DNA from: Clostridia bacterium
GTDB taxonomy: Bacteria > Bacillota > Clostridia > Christensenellales > UBA1242
Assembly (NCBI GenBank): GCA_045654505.1
Contig: JAZONM010000009.1
Coordinates: 135 to 64,134, forward strand
DNA length: 64,000 nucleotides
Direction: 5' to 3'
Both the position numbers and the translations under genes were made by a program. This document shows, piece after piece, positions 9,719-20,460 of this stretch. Each line of letters begins with the position of its first letter. The first letter of the stretch is position 1. Below the pieces are notes generated by a model that had not been told where the DNA came from, ran no database searches, and saw only the letters and a list, made by a program, of their open reading frames with translations.

Positions 9719-12118
9719 TTGGATAAAAACACAAAAACACAAAATACAAATTCTACATTTGAAAACTTGAAAAGACTAGGAGGCCTTCTTTCTAGCAACG
9801 AACTAAATTCATTTGTGGGAGCTATTTCAAAAGCAAAACGTGCTCTTGATAGTTATTGTAAAATCTTAAAAGAAAAGGAGAGCGAGAAAACAAATGTTGT
9901 TGAGGCTCCTGTAAAAACACAAGAGGTATACACCCCTAAGTCTTTTGAGCGCCCAGCTGGCGAACAAAGACCAAATCCACAAAGAAACAGAAACGAACAA
10001 AGAGGCGAGCAAAAGCCATTTGGTCCTCGTCCTAATGTACAAGGTCCTCGTCCAAACCAAGCGGGTGCTAGACCTCAAGGTCCACGTCCACAAGGACCAC
10101 GACCAGTAGGTGCGCAAGGACCGCAAAATAGACCTGCTCGTCCTGCTCTGGCAAAACCTGAAAAAGAGATGATTGTGGCAAAACCTGAGAGAAGTTTTGG
10201 CAATAAAAATAAGACTAAGGTATTTGATAATGACAAACAAGGTCTTAATGTAAAAGCAAAAATTCGTATGGGTATGATTGAGCTTGACGACTATGAGTCA
10301 GAAGAGAGAATGGGACGTGTCCGCACTCTAAAACCTAAAAAAGCAAAAGCAAATGTCGCTCAAGAAAGACAAGAAATCACTGAGGCTATAATCACAACTG
10401 ACAATCTTACTGTTAAGATTTTGTCTGAGAAAATCGGGAAACCTGCAACTGAGATTATAAAGAAATTTATGATGCTTGGAATGATGCCAAATATCAATAG
10501 TGTTATTGATTATTCTACAGCTGAGCTTGTTGCGAGTGAATTTGGTGTGACTTTACAAAGAAACGTAGAAAAGACCATGGAAGAACAGCTTCAAGATATG
10601 TTTGAAAATACAGAAGAGGTACTTGAAAAACGTCCACCTATTGTTACTATTATGGGACACGTTGACCATGGTAAAACATCACTACTTGATGCCATTAGAA
10701 AGACAAATGTAGTTGCTGGCGAAGCTGGTGGTATTACCCAACATATTGGAGCATATTCAATTGAGGCTAATAATAGAAAAATCACATTTATTGACACTCC
10801 TGGACACGAAGCATTTACTGCAATGCGTGCTCGTGGTGCAATGGTAACAGATATTGCTATACTTGTTGTTGCGGCTGACGACGGTATCATGCCACAAACA
10901 GTAGAGGCAATCAATCACATAAAGGCTGCTGGGGTTCCGATGATAGTAGCTATCAATAAAATGGACAAACCTACAGCCAATCCTGATAAGATTCTCCAAC
11001 AGTTGACCGAGCATGATATTGTGCCAGAGCAATGGGGTGGAGATGCTATATGTGTTCCTATTTCTGCTCATACTGGAATGGGAATTGATAAATTGCTTGA
11101 GATGATTCTTTTGGTTAGTGATGTTTCGGGATTTACTGCAGACCCTAATCAAAATGCTAGTGGTTTTGTAATTGAAAGTAAAATTGATAAAGGCCGTGGT
11201 GTTGTGGCTACTGTTCTTGTAAGAGACGGCTCGCTTAAAGTAGGAGACTACATTCTTAGTGGTGTTGCTAGCGGAAGAGTAAGGGCTATGATGGACCATA
11301 GAGGCAATAATGTCAAAGTTGCCGGTCCTAGTACAGCTGTATCCGTCCTTGGATTTAATATTGCTCCAGAAGCTGGCGATAAAGCATATGTTGTTGATGA
11401 AAAAATGGCAAAGAGTATTGTTGCGGAGCGTACTGCAAAAATGCAAATTGCAAAAAGTAATCAGGGTACAAATATTACTCTTGAGGATTTCTTAAAACAA
11501 TCTGCTGATCATGAAATTAAGACCTTAAATTTGATTATTAAAGCCGATGTTAAGGGTTCTAGCGAGGCATTGAAGGAGACATTGGAAAAAATCCAAAATG
11601 AAGAAGTGAGAGTAAAATGTATCCATACTTCTGTCGGTGGAATCAATGAGAGTGATGTTTTGCTTGCGCAGGCTAGTAATGCAATCATTATCGGATTTAA
11701 TGTGCGACCTGAGGTTAAAGCAAAAGCAATGGCAGAGCACAATGGAATTGATATTAAAATGTATCGCGTAATATATGAAGCCGTAGACGATGTTACAAAT
11801 GCAATCAATGGTATGCTTACTCCAAAATATGAAGAGTCTGGATTGGGCCGAGTAGAGATTAGACAAGTATTCAAAATTAGTAGCGTAGGTAATATCGCGG
11901 GATCATATATCTTGGAGGGTGTTGTTAATCGTGGTGCAAAAGCAAGACTTCTTCGTGATAATGTAGTTGTTGCGGATACTGAAATCGAAACACTTCAACA
12001 ACAAAAAGACCATGTAAAGACTATGAGAGCTGGTTTTGAATGTGGTATAAAACTTAAAAACTTCAATGACATTAAAGTGGGCGATATAATCGAAGTTTAT
12101 GAAATGAAACAAATATAG
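9719..12118 (+). CDS. infB: Translation initiation factor IF-2
   Basis: G-domain motifs [20 protein letters not shown] and NKMD. TTG start; Pro/Gly/Gln-rich N-terminal linker. Confidence 0.97.
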   Translation: MDKNTKTQNTNSTFENLKRLGGLLSSNELNSFVGAISKAKRALDSYCKILKEKESEKTNVVEAPVKTQEVYTPKSFERPAGEQRPNPQRNRNEQRGEQKPFGPRPNVQGPRPNQAGARPQGPRPQGPRPVGAQGPQNRPARPALAKPEKEMIVAKPERSFGNKNKTKVFDNDKQGLNVKAKIRMGMIELDDYESEERMGRVRTLKPKKAKANVAQERQEITEAIITTDNLTVKILSEKIGKPATEIIKKFMMLGMMPNINSVIDYSTAELVASEFGVTLQRNVEKTMEEQLQDMFENTEEVLEKRPPIVTIMGHVDHGKTSLLDAIRKTNVVAGEAGGITQHIGAYSIEANNRKITFIDTPGHEAFTAMRARGAMVTDIAILVVAADDGIMPQTVEAINHIKAAGVPMIVAINKMDKPTANPDKILQQLTEHDIVPEQWGGDAICVPISAHTGMGIDKLLEMILLVSDVSGFTADPNQNASGFVIESKIDKGRGVVATVLVRDGSLKVGDYILSGVASGRVRAMMDHRGNNVKVAGPSTAVSVLGFNIAPEAGDKAYVVDEKMAKSIVAERTAKMQIAKSNQGTNITLEDFLKQSADHEIKTLNLIIKADVKGSSEALKETLEKIQNEEVRVKCIHTSVGGINESDVLLAQASNAIIIGFNVRPEVKAKAMAEHNGIDIKMYRVIYEAVDDVTNAINGMLTPKYEESGLGRVEIRQVFKISSVGNIAGSYILEGVVNRGAKARLLRDNVVVADTEIETLQQQKDHVKTMRAGFECGIKLKNFNDIKVGDIIEVYEMKQI

Positions 12119-12127
12119 GGAGAATTT

Positions 12128-12493
12128 ATGAGTAGTACCAGAATTTTGAAAATCAATGGTGAAATTCAAAAATATCTTAGCGAACTTCTTACTTATGAAA
12201 TGAAAAATCCTTTAATTAAAGGTATTATTAGTGTGACACGTGTAGATACTACAAATGACTTGAGTCTTTCAAAAGTCTACGTAAGTATCTTCACACCTAA
12301 TGGTGATAAAAAAGAGGTTTTTAATCAAATTTGTCATTCTGCAGGATTTTTACGACGCGAACTTTGCGAGCGCATAGATCTAAGAAAAGTGCCTTATCTA
12401 GAGTTTATACTCGACGATTCGCTTGAATACGGTCAAAGAATAGACGAAGTTATTGATAAAATAAATGACGAAAGGGATAATAATGAGGTTTGA
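12128..12493 (+). CDS. rbfA: Ribosome-binding factor A
   Basis: Size and position after infB fit RbfA; contains ISVTRVDTTNDLSLSKVYVS and KVPYLEFILD. Confidence 0.9.
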   Translation: MSSTRILKINGEIQKYLSELLTYEMKNPLIKGIISVTRVDTTNDLSLSKVYVSIFTPNGDKKEVFNQICHSAGFLRRELCERIDLRKVPYLEFILDDSLEYGQRIDEVIDKINDERDNNEV

Positions 12494-13445
12494 TAATAAA
12501 ATTATTAGTAATTTGAAAAATGCTAAGAAAGTTGCTATATTTACCCACAAACGTCCAGATGCTGACTGTCTGGGCAGCGCTTCTGCTTTGAAACAAGTTC
12601 TTGCAAAACTTGGTGCGAAATGCGATATTTTTTGTGACGGTATTATCAATGACAATTATCTTTTTATGAAACATATTGATGAAGTAAACAATAGCACACT
12701 CAATTCATATGATTTGGGTGTTGCTGTTGATTGCTCCGACCTTAATAGACTTGGAAAATACTCAAGTCTTTTTTCTACCATTGACGAAACTATGAAGATT
12801 GACCACCACAAAACTGCTGAAGATTTTGCAAAATTAAATCATGTAGAGATAGTCGGTAGTACTTGCGAGATTTTGTATGATTTGATTAAAGAACTTGGTG
12901 TGGAGTTTGACTTGGATATTGCTGCATCTCTTTATGCTGGTGTGGCTTCAGATACAGGTTGTTTTATGCATGATTCCACCACTGCCAATACGCACTTTGT
13001 AGCAGGCGAACTTTTAAAGTATGATTTTGACTTGGATAAAGTCAATTATCTATTGTTTAAAAGAAAAACTATCGGGCAGGTAAATCTTCTGAGCAGAGCA
13101 TTGTCTCACATAAGATTTTTATGTGGAAATAAGGTCGCTATTACATATCTTACTCGTAAGGATTTTCAAGAGTTTGGCTGTGCCAATACCGAAACGTTTG
13201 GTATAGTTAATACTTGTGTTGATATTGATATTGTCGATATTGGTGTGCTTGTTAGCGAGGATAAGCCGGGTCTTTATGCTTGTAGTTTTAGAGGCAAAGG
13301 TAAAGTTGATGTTTCTAAAATATGTGAAGAATTTGGCGGTGGCGGACATGTAAGGGCTGCCGGTTGTAATATATTCGGCACTTATAAGACAGTTATCTCA
13401 AAAATCGAAAAGGTGATTGATGAATACTATGCAAGGATTTCTTAA
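12483..13445 (+). CDS. nrnA: DHH/DHHA1 phosphoesterase (NrnA-type oligoribonuclease/pAp phosphatase)
   Basis: Contains HKRPDADCLGSA, the DHH motif (KIDHHKT) and the DHHA1 motif GGGGHVRAAG. ATG at 12483 overlaps the rbfA end. Confidence 0.8.
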   Translation: MRFDNKIISNLKNAKKVAIFTHKRPDADCLGSASALKQVLAKLGAKCDIFCDGIINDNYLFMKHIDEVNNSTLNSYDLGVAVDCSDLNRLGKYSSLFSTIDETMKIDHHKTAEDFAKLNHVEIVGSTCEILYDLIKELGVEFDLDIAASLYAGVASDTGCFMHDSTTANTHFVAGELLKYDFDLDKVNYLLFKRKTIGQVNLLSRALSHIRFLCGNKVAITYLTRKDFQEFGCANTETFGIVNTCVDIDIVDIGVLVSEDKPGLYACSFRGKGKVDVSKICEEFGGGGHVRAAGCNIFGTYKTVISKIEKVIDEYYARIS

Positions 13446-14283
13446 TGTATATAAGCCATCAGGAATGACAAGCAGTAAAGTCGTAACAAGTATCAAAAAA
13501 AGATTCCATATTGACAAGATTGGGCATATGGGTACCCTTGATCCAATGGCTTGTGGAGTACTTCCGATAGCAATCGGGAAGGCGACTCGTATGTTTGATT
13601 ACTTTCTTGAAAAAAACAAAACATATATTGCTCGATTTGATTTCTCATACACCACTGATACGCTTGATGCCACTGGAAATATATCTGGTAAGTCCGTAAG
13701 TACAGTTTCGCAAAAAGATATTGAAAAAATTTTACCTAAATTTGTAGGTGAAATTTCGCAAATACCTCCTCAATACAGTGCTAAAAGCATCAATGGAAAA
13801 AGGGCTTATGATTATGCACGAAGTGGCGAATATGTCGAATTAAAACCTAAGATTATAACAATTTCTCGTCTTGAATTACTTAGAAAGATATCGGACAATG
13901 AATATGAGTTTTTGATCACTTGCAGTAGTGGTACATATATTAGGAGTATAGTGAGGGATATGGCTGACGCTATGGGAGTCTGTGGGTGTATGACTTATCT
14001 CGAGCGTTCGGAAAGCGGAGTATTCTTAAGTAGTAACGCCATAAAGTTGGACTCTCTACTTGATTGTGAAAATCTTAATCATCTAATAATACCTATTGAA
14101 GAGGTTTTTGCACATTTGCCAAAAATTCAGTTGGACAGCAAAAGCATTAAGGTATTGAATGGACTTGCGTGCAAAACTGACAATACAGATGGTAAGTATT
14201 TGCTTTTTGACAGTGGTATGCTTGTTGCTATTGGAAGTGTAAGTAATAATATTTTGAAAATGACTACGTATTTAAAGGAGTAA
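13420..14283 (+). CDS. truB: tRNA pseudouridine-55 synthase
   Basis: Contains GFLNVYKPSGMTS and HMGTLDPMACGVLPIAIG (catalytic Asp). The start is ambiguous (TTG 13417, ATG 13420, ATG 13429). Confidence 0.9.
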   Translation: MNTMQGFLNVYKPSGMTSSKVVTSIKKRFHIDKIGHMGTLDPMACGVLPIAIGKATRMFDYFLEKNKTYIARFDFSYTTDTLDATGNISGKSVSTVSQKDIEKILPKFVGEISQIPPQYSAKSINGKRAYDYARSGEYVELKPKIITISRLELLRKISDNEYEFLITCSSGTYIRSIVRDMADAMGVCGCMTYLERSESGVFLSSNAIKLDSLLDCENLNHLIIPIEEVFAHLPKIQLDSKSIKVLNGLACKTDNTDGKYLLFDSGMLVAIGSVSNNILKMTTYLKE

Positions 14284-14287
14284 ACAA

Positions 14288-15136
14288 ATGATTAAATTTG
14301 GCCCAGCCGGAAACTGTGAAATGTTTTATGGTGAAGGAAATAAATCTAGTATGCAGGCTGCAAAATGGTTAAAAGAAAAAGGCCTTAATGCATATGAGTA
14401 CTCATTTGGTAAGGGCATACTTCTTAGTGATGAAACCGCTTTGCTTATTGCTCAAGAAATGAAAGAGCATGGTATAACAATCAGTGCCCATGCACCATAT
14501 TTTATCAATTTTGCTAATCCTAGTGATGAAATGGCAGAGAAGAGTTTTGCATATGTAGTCGAAAGCCTTAGAAAGTTGCGTTTGCTTGGAGGAAACCATC
14601 TTGTTGTGCATCCAGCTTCTTGTGGTAAAATGACAAGAGACGAAGCTGTAAATCTTACAAAAAAGCGTCTAACAAACTTGAAAGATATTTTAATTGAAAA
14701 CGGTTTTGATGATATGTATGTTTGTCTTGAAACAATGGGAAAATCTGCCCAAATAGGCACGTATGAGGAAATAATTGATTTTTGTACTATTTATGATAAG
14801 TATATACCGACTTTTGATTTTGGACACATAAATGCACTTACAAATGGAATGCTCAAAGGTGAGGACGATTACGAAAAAATTATAAAACTTTCTATTGACA
14901 AACTGGGTTATGAGAGAATGAAAAATGTTCACATTCACTTTAGTAAGATAGAGTACACCTCAAAAGGTGAAGTAAAACATCTTACTTTTGATGATACAGT
15001 ATATGGACCAGAATTTTTACCACTTGCTAAAGTTATCAAAAAATACAAACTTGAGCCTATGATTATATGTGAGTCAAAAGGAACTCAGACTCGAGACGCA
15101 ATTTTAATGAAAGAAATGTACAATAGTGTCATTTAA
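14288..15136 (+). CDS. TIM-barrel AP endonuclease family 2 (endonuclease IV-like) protein
   Basis: The spacing of His/Asp/Glu residues resembles the Nfo metal ligands (SAHAPYF, LVVHPAS, CLETM, FDFGHINA, HIHFS, ICES). Confidence 0.55.
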   Translation: MIKFGPAGNCEMFYGEGNKSSMQAAKWLKEKGLNAYEYSFGKGILLSDETALLIAQEMKEHGITISAHAPYFINFANPSDEMAEKSFAYVVESLRKLRLLGGNHLVVHPASCGKMTRDEAVNLTKKRLTNLKDILIENGFDDMYVCLETMGKSAQIGTYEEIIDFCTIYDKYIPTFDFGHINALTNGMLKGEDDYEKIIKLSIDKLGYERMKNVHIHFSKIEYTSKGEVKHLTFDDTVYGPEFLPLAKVIKKYKLEPMIICESKGTQTRDAILMKEMYNSVI

Positions 15137-15161
15137 TGTAGATATAAATTGAAAAATTAAA

Positions 15162-15187
15162 GTATGCAGTGTGCATGCTTTTTTTTA
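15162..15187 (+). terminator. Rho-independent terminator
   Basis: Stem GTATGCA / TGCATGC with a 3-nt loop, followed by T9. Confidence 0.65.
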
Positions 15188-15190
15188 TTG

Positions 15191-15219
15191 TCATTTTGAT
15201 TATTTTTCATTCATAACTT
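15191..15219 (+). promoter_or_regulatory. Candidate sigmaE-type promoter for spoIIIA
   Basis: TCATTTT, 14-nt spacer, CATAACTT resembles the B. subtilis sigmaE consensus (kmATAtt, 14 nt, CATAcahT) with about 3 mismatches. spoIIIA is sigmaE-dependent in B. subtilis. Confidence 0.3.
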
Positions 15220-15235
15220 ATGGAAAAGGTGAGTT

Positions 15236-16132
15236 ATGTTGAGAGAGATTTTGCCAAGTGTAATATATGAAAATTTGAGCCTTTTACCACTTGACTCTAT
15301 AAATGAGATACGTCTTAGAGTGGGGAGTCTTGTAGTGGTAAATGTAGGCGGAGTAAACAATTTTCTTACTTATAGCGGACTTAGTAAAAAGGCTAGTGAG
15401 GGTTTGATTGTCAGAAGTGCAAATATTGACTATATTTTGCAAAAAGTTTCCAACAACTCTCTTTATACAATAAATGACCAATTGATAAATGGGTACATAA
15501 CTTTCAATGGTTTTAGACTTGGTGTGAGTGGCGAATTAGTAGTTGTCGACGGCAAAATCAAAACAATAAAAAATATTACGTCGATAAATATTAGACTACC
15601 GCATGTGGTAAAAAATTGTTGTTTGCCTGTATACAATTTTATTGTGGAGGGTGGGATTAAAAACACTTTAATTATATCTCCTCCTGGCGCTGGAAAAACT
15701 ACATTTATTCGGGATCTTGCTTATCAAATAAATACACATGAAAGCAATCAAAATATATTGATTGTTGATGAAAGAAATGAAATATCAAGTATATTTGATA
15801 AAGAATACTTAAAAGGTATTGATGTATATAAAAATTGCAGTAAAGAGTTTGCTTTTGGGAATGGGATAAGAAGCATGAATCCTAGTGTAATAATAACAGA
15901 TGAGATAGATGTATGCCGTGATATATATTCTATTGAAAATGCTATCACTTCAGGGGTTAAGGTTATTGCAACTTTACATGCAAAGGACATAAATGATTTG
16001 CGTAATAAAAAATCTTTTAAAGAAATGTTGGATGAAGAAATGTGGGAGCGGATAATCGTTCTGGGGACTTCAAATGGTTATGGGACTATAGAAGGAGTAT
16101 ACAACCAACATCTGCGTTGTATTTATGTGTAG
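15236..16132 (+). CDS. spoIIIAA: Stage III sporulation protein AA (ATPase)
   Basis: Walker A motif SPPGAGKTTFIRDLA; first gene of an eight-gene spoIIIA-like operon. Confidence 0.85.
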   Translation: MLREILPSVIYENLSLLPLDSINEIRLRVGSLVVVNVGGVNNFLTYSGLSKKASEGLIVRSANIDYILQKVSNNSLYTINDQLINGYITFNGFRLGVSGELVVVDGKIKTIKNITSINIRLPHVVKNCCLPVYNFIVEGGIKNTLIISPPGAGKTTFIRDLAYQINTHESNQNILIVDERNEISSIFDKEYLKGIDVYKNCSKEFAFGNGIRSMNPSVIITDEIDVCRDIYSIENAITSGVKVIATLHAKDINDLRNKKSFKEMLDEEMWERIIVLGTSNGYGTIEGVYNQHLRCIYV

Positions 16133-16575
16133 TGAAAATAATATTACTGTTGGTTATTTTATGTATTTGCGGATTTTTGGGTCGTCAATTTCAAAAACAA
16201 TATCAGTTGCGCACTCGTCATTATGCCGAACTATTAGAATTTTGTGCGTATTGTAAAAATCAAATATCTTTTCTAAATGTGGATAAAAAAAGTATCTTTA
16301 ATGCTTTTTTATCTAAGAAAGAGACTTTGATTAAAAACTCTGTATTAGGTAAAAAAGTGGGTTATCTTAATTGTGTTGAAATACAAGAAATTGATAGTTT
16401 TTTAAATGCGATTGGAAATTTCGCGGTGGAAGGAGAACTTAAAAATATTGAATATTTCAAAGAAAATTTTTCATTAAAACACGACCTTTGTGAAAAAGAA
16501 GAAAAGACCAAAGGGGTGTTGTGTTTTAAAATGGGATGGTTGTTGGGGCTGCTTCTTTGCATAGTATTATTCTAG
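16132..16575 (+). CDS. spoIIIAB: Stage III sporulation protein AB
   Basis: Assigned by operon position. N-terminal TM followed by a soluble domain. The GTG at 16132 overlaps the spoIIIAA stop by 1 nt; the track start at 16042 would overlap AA by 90 nt. Confidence 0.6.
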   Translation: MKIILLLVILCICGFLGRQFQKQYQLRTRHYAELLEFCAYCKNQISFLNVDKKSIFNAFLSKKETLIKNSVLGKKVGYLNCVEIQEIDSFLNAIGNFAVEGELKNIEYFKENFSLKHDLCEKEEKTKGVLCFKMGWLLGLLLCIVLF

Positions 16576-16618
16576 GTATTATGCAAAAATCAAAGAAACG
16601 ACTTTAAATGGGGGTTTT

Positions 16619-16816
16619 ATGACAATTGATATTATCTTTAAAATTGTAGCGATTGGTATACTTACTGCAGTGGCAAATCAAGTCCTAAAACACTCTGGTA
16701 AGGACGAAATAGCCACTTTGACGACGCTTGCAGGTGTGATTATAGTCTTGTTTATGATTGTCAATATGATAAGCGAACTTTTCACGACGGTCAAAAATCT
16801 TTTCTCTCTGTATTAG
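16619..16816 (+). CDS. spoIIIAC: Stage III sporulation protein AC
   Basis: 65-aa two-TM protein in the expected position. Confidence 0.8.
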   Translation: MTIDIIFKIVAIGILTAVANQVLKHSGKDEIATLTTLAGVIIVLFMIVNMISELFTTVKNLFSLY

Positions 16817-17209
16817 GTGGATATGGAAGTTTTAAAATTGGTAGGTGTAGGGGTTGTAATTTCCATTATTGTTGTTTTGTTAAAACAGGTAAAACCGGAG
16901 TTTTCACTTTTCGCTGTAATTGCTGGAAGTGTATTGATGTTGGTGTATGTGCTCAATTACTTCACAAGTATTTTTTCTGTTTTTACAAATATCATCAATA
17001 AGGCTGGTATCAATTCCCAACTTTTTTCAATTATTATAAAAATAATAGGTGTCGGTTACCTTGTTGAATTTGGTGCATCAATTTGTAATGATAGTGGCAA
17101 TTCTGCTATTGGGGATAAAATAATTTTAGGTGGCAAAATTATTATTTTTGCAATGGCTCTTCCTATTATAACTAATTTGTTTGATTTACTTTTAGGATTA
17201 CTGACATGA
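16817..17209 (+). CDS. spoIIIAD: Stage III sporulation protein AD
   Basis: About 130-aa, four-TM protein. IIKIIGVGYLVEFGASICNDSGNSAIGDKIILGGK matches the SpoIIIAD core. The start is GTG 16817 or ATG 16823. Confidence 0.8.
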   Translation: MDMEVLKLVGVGVVISIIVVLLKQVKPEFSLFAVIAGSVLMLVYVLNYFTSIFSVFTNIINKAGINSQLFSIIIKIIGVGYLVEFGASICNDSGNSAIGDKIILGGKIIIFAMALPIITNLFDLLLGLLT

Positions 17210-18393
17210 GAAAAAAACAATTGTTTTTATTTTTTGCCATCATTATATTTTTTGCTTTTGGTTGTAATTCTATATCTATGCCTAAAAATGATATATGTTA
17301 TGCGGAGGCTTCGGACAAGCCTTTACTGGAAGAGATTGACAAACAGCTTGGTGATTTGGATTTGAGCGAGATTGACGGGCTTGTCGGTGAATTTGAAGAA
17401 CTAACTAAAAAAACCACTTTTGGTGAAGTGGTCAAGAGTCTCATAAATGGTAGTTATGAAATAGAGTATGGCAGCGCGATCAATTTTATATTGAAAAGTA
17501 TTGGTTTGCAATTTACTGCAGTTTTGCCATTGATATCCTCGATTGTTTTGCTTTCAATTCTGGCAAGTCTAATGAAATCCTTTCGTCCTAGCCTCAGTAG
17601 CAAAAGCATATCCGAACTTATCAGCCTTATATGCTATTGTCTTGTTGTGATATTGGTAGTTGCTCTAATGAAAAATCTTTTTGATGTTACGGGAGACACA
17701 TTGTCGTCCATGACGTCACAGATGGAGATAATGTTTCCATTGCTACTTACATTGCTTACTGCCACTGGGGGTATTGTTAGTGTCGGGATTTATACGCCTT
17801 TGGTGTCTACTCTGACGACTGGTGTAGGCGCAATATTCTCGAAAGTTCTTTATCCGATTTGTATGGTCGCATTTATTCTTGTTGTTGTGAGTAATCTTTC
17901 TGACAACATAAAATTGGATAAAATGAGTAAATTTTTGTCCTCTTTTTTTAAGTGGAGTGTGGGTTTTGTATTTACTGTATTTGCAGCCTTTCTTACTATC
18001 CAAGGTATTTCTGCTGGTAAATATGATTCTGTTAGCCTTAAAGCGACGCGTTTTGCTATGAAAAACTCTATACCTATCATTGGTGGATACTTGAGTGATG
18101 GATTGGATTATGTTTTGCTGTCATCTGTTTTGATTAAAAATGCTGTTGGTATGGGTGGACTTATTATTTTGTTTGCGATGATTTTGAGTCCTATTATTAA
18201 GATACTTTTTGTAAAGCTAGCATTTCAATTCACTGCAGGAATACTTGAGCCGGTTTCGGGTGGTAAAATATCCAATTTCTGTGAAGGGTGTAGTAAAGTT
18301 TTGGTTTATCCTTTGGTAGTTATACTTGCAATTTCTTTTATGTATGTGCTTACAATAGGTCTTATTATGTGCACAATGGCTGGTGTTGCATGA
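17206..18393 (+). CDS. spoIIIAE: Stage III sporulation protein AE
   Basis: Large polytopic membrane protein in the operon position. ATGA overlap with spoIIIAD. Confidence 0.8.
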   Translation: MRKKQLFLFFAIIIFFAFGCNSISMPKNDICYAEASDKPLLEEIDKQLGDLDLSEIDGLVGEFEELTKKTTFGEVVKSLINGSYEIEYGSAINFILKSIGLQFTAVLPLISSIVLLSILASLMKSFRPSLSSKSISELISLICYCLVVILVVALMKNLFDVTGDTLSSMTSQMEIMFPLLLTLLTATGGIVSVGIYTPLVSTLTTGVGAIFSKVLYPICMVAFILVVVSNLSDNIKLDKMSKFLSSFFKWSVGFVFTVFAAFLTIQGISAGKYDSVSLKATRFAMKNSIPIIGGYLSDGLDYVLLSSVLIKNAVGMGGLIILFAMILSPIIKILFVKLAFQFTAGILEPVSGGKISNFCEGCSKVLVYPLVVILAISFMYVLTIGLIMCTMAGVA

Positions 18394-18857
18394 GTGCGTG
18401 GTTAATGAGTATTGTGGGTGTTGTTTTTTTAGGTGTTATGATTGATATCATCACTCCTGAGGGTAGAACAAATGCTTTTATAAAAAGTATCTTCGCTGTA
18501 TTTGTCGTATATATTATCGTTTCTCCTGTTGTGACTATGTTTAATAAAAATTATGTTTTTACATACAAGGAAATAGAATTACAAGAGGATTATCTTGATA
18601 GTGTTGCAAAAAGTAATATAATTACTTTAGAGTCTGAAATCCAGCGATTACTTGTAGATAAAGGCTATGAGTGTTTTGTCGAAATAGATGGGAATATGTG
18701 GGGTGAGGCTTTAAATATTAGACAAATCACAATTTTTCTACCAAATAGTGTTCTAATAAATGAGGACAAGCATATAAATAATTGTAAAGTAATAACCCAA
18801 TTGATTAGAAATGTATTGGAGGTGGATGAGGAGATTATTGTATATGAAAGATTATGA
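18390..18857 (+). CDS. spoIIIAF: Stage III sporulation protein AF
   Basis: Assigned by operon position. Two N-terminal TM segments. The ATG at 18390 overlaps the AE stop (ATGA). Confidence 0.65.
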   Translation: MSAWLMSIVGVVFLGVMIDIITPEGRTNAFIKSIFAVFVVYIIVSPVVTMFNKNYVFTYKEIELQEDYLDSVAKSNIITLESEIQRLLVDKGYECFVEIDGNMWGEALNIRQITIFLPNSVLINEDKHINNCKVITQLIRNVLEVDEEIIVYERL

Positions 18858-19473
18858 AAAAAACAATCAAGCCGAAGTGATATCTATTAAAGAAAACATC
18901 ATAGAAAAGTCGGATAAAAATACACTCTTTGATGGATTGAAAAAGAAGATATTGCAGTCAAAAATCTTCAATGTCAAAGGTGTAAAGATATTGCTTCCTC
19001 TTCTCATAATTTTAATCATGGGTGTTATGCTTTTTAGTTTTGACGGGACAAGTTCTGCAAAATCAACAATTGTTACAAATGAAAACATTGGTTATACGAG
19101 TAGTCTAGAATACATTGGGACTATAGAGAAAAAACTGAGCGATGTACTAAGTGCCATTTCAGGTGCAGGTAAAACACAAATTATGATATCAATTGATAGT
19201 AGCCCTATACTCAATGTCGCCACCAACAATGAAGAAAAAACAGTGACGACATCAAGTGGGTATACGACTACGACGACAAATGAGCCTATTATTATCACTG
19301 CAAACGGGAAATCGGAGCCTATGGTTTTGGGAGAAACACTTCCTGAAATTAAGGGGGTGATTGTTGTGAGTAGTGGGGCTAAAGATGTAAGAGTAAAACT
19401 AGATATCATCAATGCAGTGAGGACAGTGCTTGGAATTTCAAGCGAAAAAATAGATGTATTTATAGGAGAGTAA
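18844..19473 (+). CDS. spoIIIAG: Stage III sporulation protein AG
   Basis: N-terminal TM and conserved C-terminus PEIKGVIVVSSGAKDVRVKLDIINAVRTVLGISSEKIDVF. Confidence 0.7.
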   Translation: MKDYEKNNQAEVISIKENIIEKSDKNTLFDGLKKKILQSKIFNVKGVKILLPLLIILIMGVMLFSFDGTSSAKSTIVTNENIGYTSSLEYIGTIEKKLSDVLSAISGAGKTQIMISIDSSPILNVATNNEEKTVTTSSGYTTTTTNEPIIITANGKSEPMVLGETLPEIKGVIVVSSGAKDVRVKLDIINAVRTVLGISSEKIDVFIGE

Positions 19474-19483
19474 GGAGGGGAAT

Positions 19484-19966
19484 ATGACAAAGAAAAAAAG
19501 ATTTTTTATAATAGGTGGTTTTTGTTTGTTGTTGGCAGTGACAGGAGTATTGAATATTTTTCTAAACAATAAGGTGGCAGAATCTACTATGACCAATGGA
19601 AATAATACCATAACAACAGCCAATTTTTTTGCTACATACAAAACGGACAGAACAGCGACTTATGATCAAGAGGTGTCTTATTTGCAAGCAATTATTGATA
19701 GTGATAGCACAACAGATGAAGCCAAATCAAATGCTGAGGCAGAACTTATTCGCATAAATAAAACGATCGAACTACAAACCAATCTTGAGAACAACATTAA
19801 AACAATAGGTTTTAGTGATGTGGTGGTGTCTGCTCTTACCAATAATGTCAATGTAATAGTAAAAGGGACATCTCTTACGGATCAAGAATTGACGCAAATT
19901 GTAAATATTGTCGAAACATGCAGTGATTACGACTTCGAGAATATCAAAATAATTCCCGTAGAATAA
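19484..19966 (+). CDS. spoIIIAH: Stage III sporulation protein AH
   Basis: N-terminal TM. FFATYKTDRTATYDQEVSYLQAII...IKTIGFSDVVV parallels the B. subtilis SpoIIIAH C-terminal domain. AAGGAGGGG RBS. Confidence 0.65.
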   Translation: MTKKKRFFIIGGFCLLLAVTGVLNIFLNNKVAESTMTNGNNTITTANFFATYKTDRTATYDQEVSYLQAIIDSDSTTDEAKSNAEAELIRINKTIELQTNLENNIKTIGFSDVVVSALTNNVNVIVKGTSLTDQELTQIVNIVETCSDYDFENIKIIPVE

Positions 19967-20020
19967 TTGCAAATGTCTGACTATTGTGTTATACTAACCC
20001 TGTAAAAAGGGAAGATATGT

Positions 20021-20401
20021 ATGGTATATAAAGACAACAATTATCTTAATAAACCCGCAAAGGGAAGAGTGACTTATGACCGCAATATTGTTTTGTCTGT
20101 TATCAATTTGGCAGCGAAAGAAATTGCAGGTGTTAGTGGATTGGTTGCCAATTTTGGCTCAGTACTTATGCGTTGGTTTAGCAACAACTATTTCGAAGGT
20201 GTAAAGATTTCCTATATCAATGATAGTGTTAATATTGATGTTTACCTAAATGTTTATTATGGATATAATGTGTCTGAGATAGCATATAGGGTACAAGAAA
20301 ATATTAAAAATAGTCTTGCTTCAATGATGGAAATGAAGATTGACCGCATCAATGTCCATGTGCTTGGAGTTGATTTTCCTAAAGAACAGGAAATAGTATA
20401 G
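20021..20401 (+). CDS. Asp23/Gls24-family alkaline shock protein
   Basis: 126 aa; contains NIVLSVINLAAKEIAGVSGL and VNIDVYLNVYYGYNVSEIAYRVQENI. It sits in the same slot as B. subtilis yqhY, before nusB. Confidence 0.8.
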   Translation: MVYKDNNYLNKPAKGRVTYDRNIVLSVINLAAKEIAGVSGLVANFGSVLMRWFSNNYFEGVKISYINDSVNIDVYLNVYYGYNVSEIAYRVQENIKNSLASMMEMKIDRINVHVLGVDFPKEQEIV

Positions 20402-20408
20402 TTTTTTA

Positions 20409-20447
20409 AAAACCCTTGCTACTGTGTAAGTGCGAGGGTTTGTTTTT
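20409..20447 (+). terminator. Rho-independent terminator
   Basis: Stem AACCCTTGC / GCGAGGGTT followed by a T-run. Confidence 0.6.
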
Positions 20448-20460
20448 AGTGTGAGGTGTT

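Noticed and set aside
9950-10150. GC-richer tandem QGPRP/GPRP-type repeats at the 5' end of infB
   Set aside because: A low-complexity Pro/Gly/Gln/Arg linker is a normal feature of bacterial IF-2 N-terminal regions. It is in frame and continuous with the conserved G domain, so it is not a separate element.
16042-16131. Upstream extension of spoIIIAB; similar track extensions occur for frr (2269), scpA (35599), spoIIIAF (18369), spoIIIAG (18811), sigF (45850), spoIIAA (46616) and deoD (30529)
   Set aside because: These extensions overlap the preceding gene or promoter sequence and lack SD sites. Internal starts with good SD motifs, and N-termini matching the respective families, were preferred.
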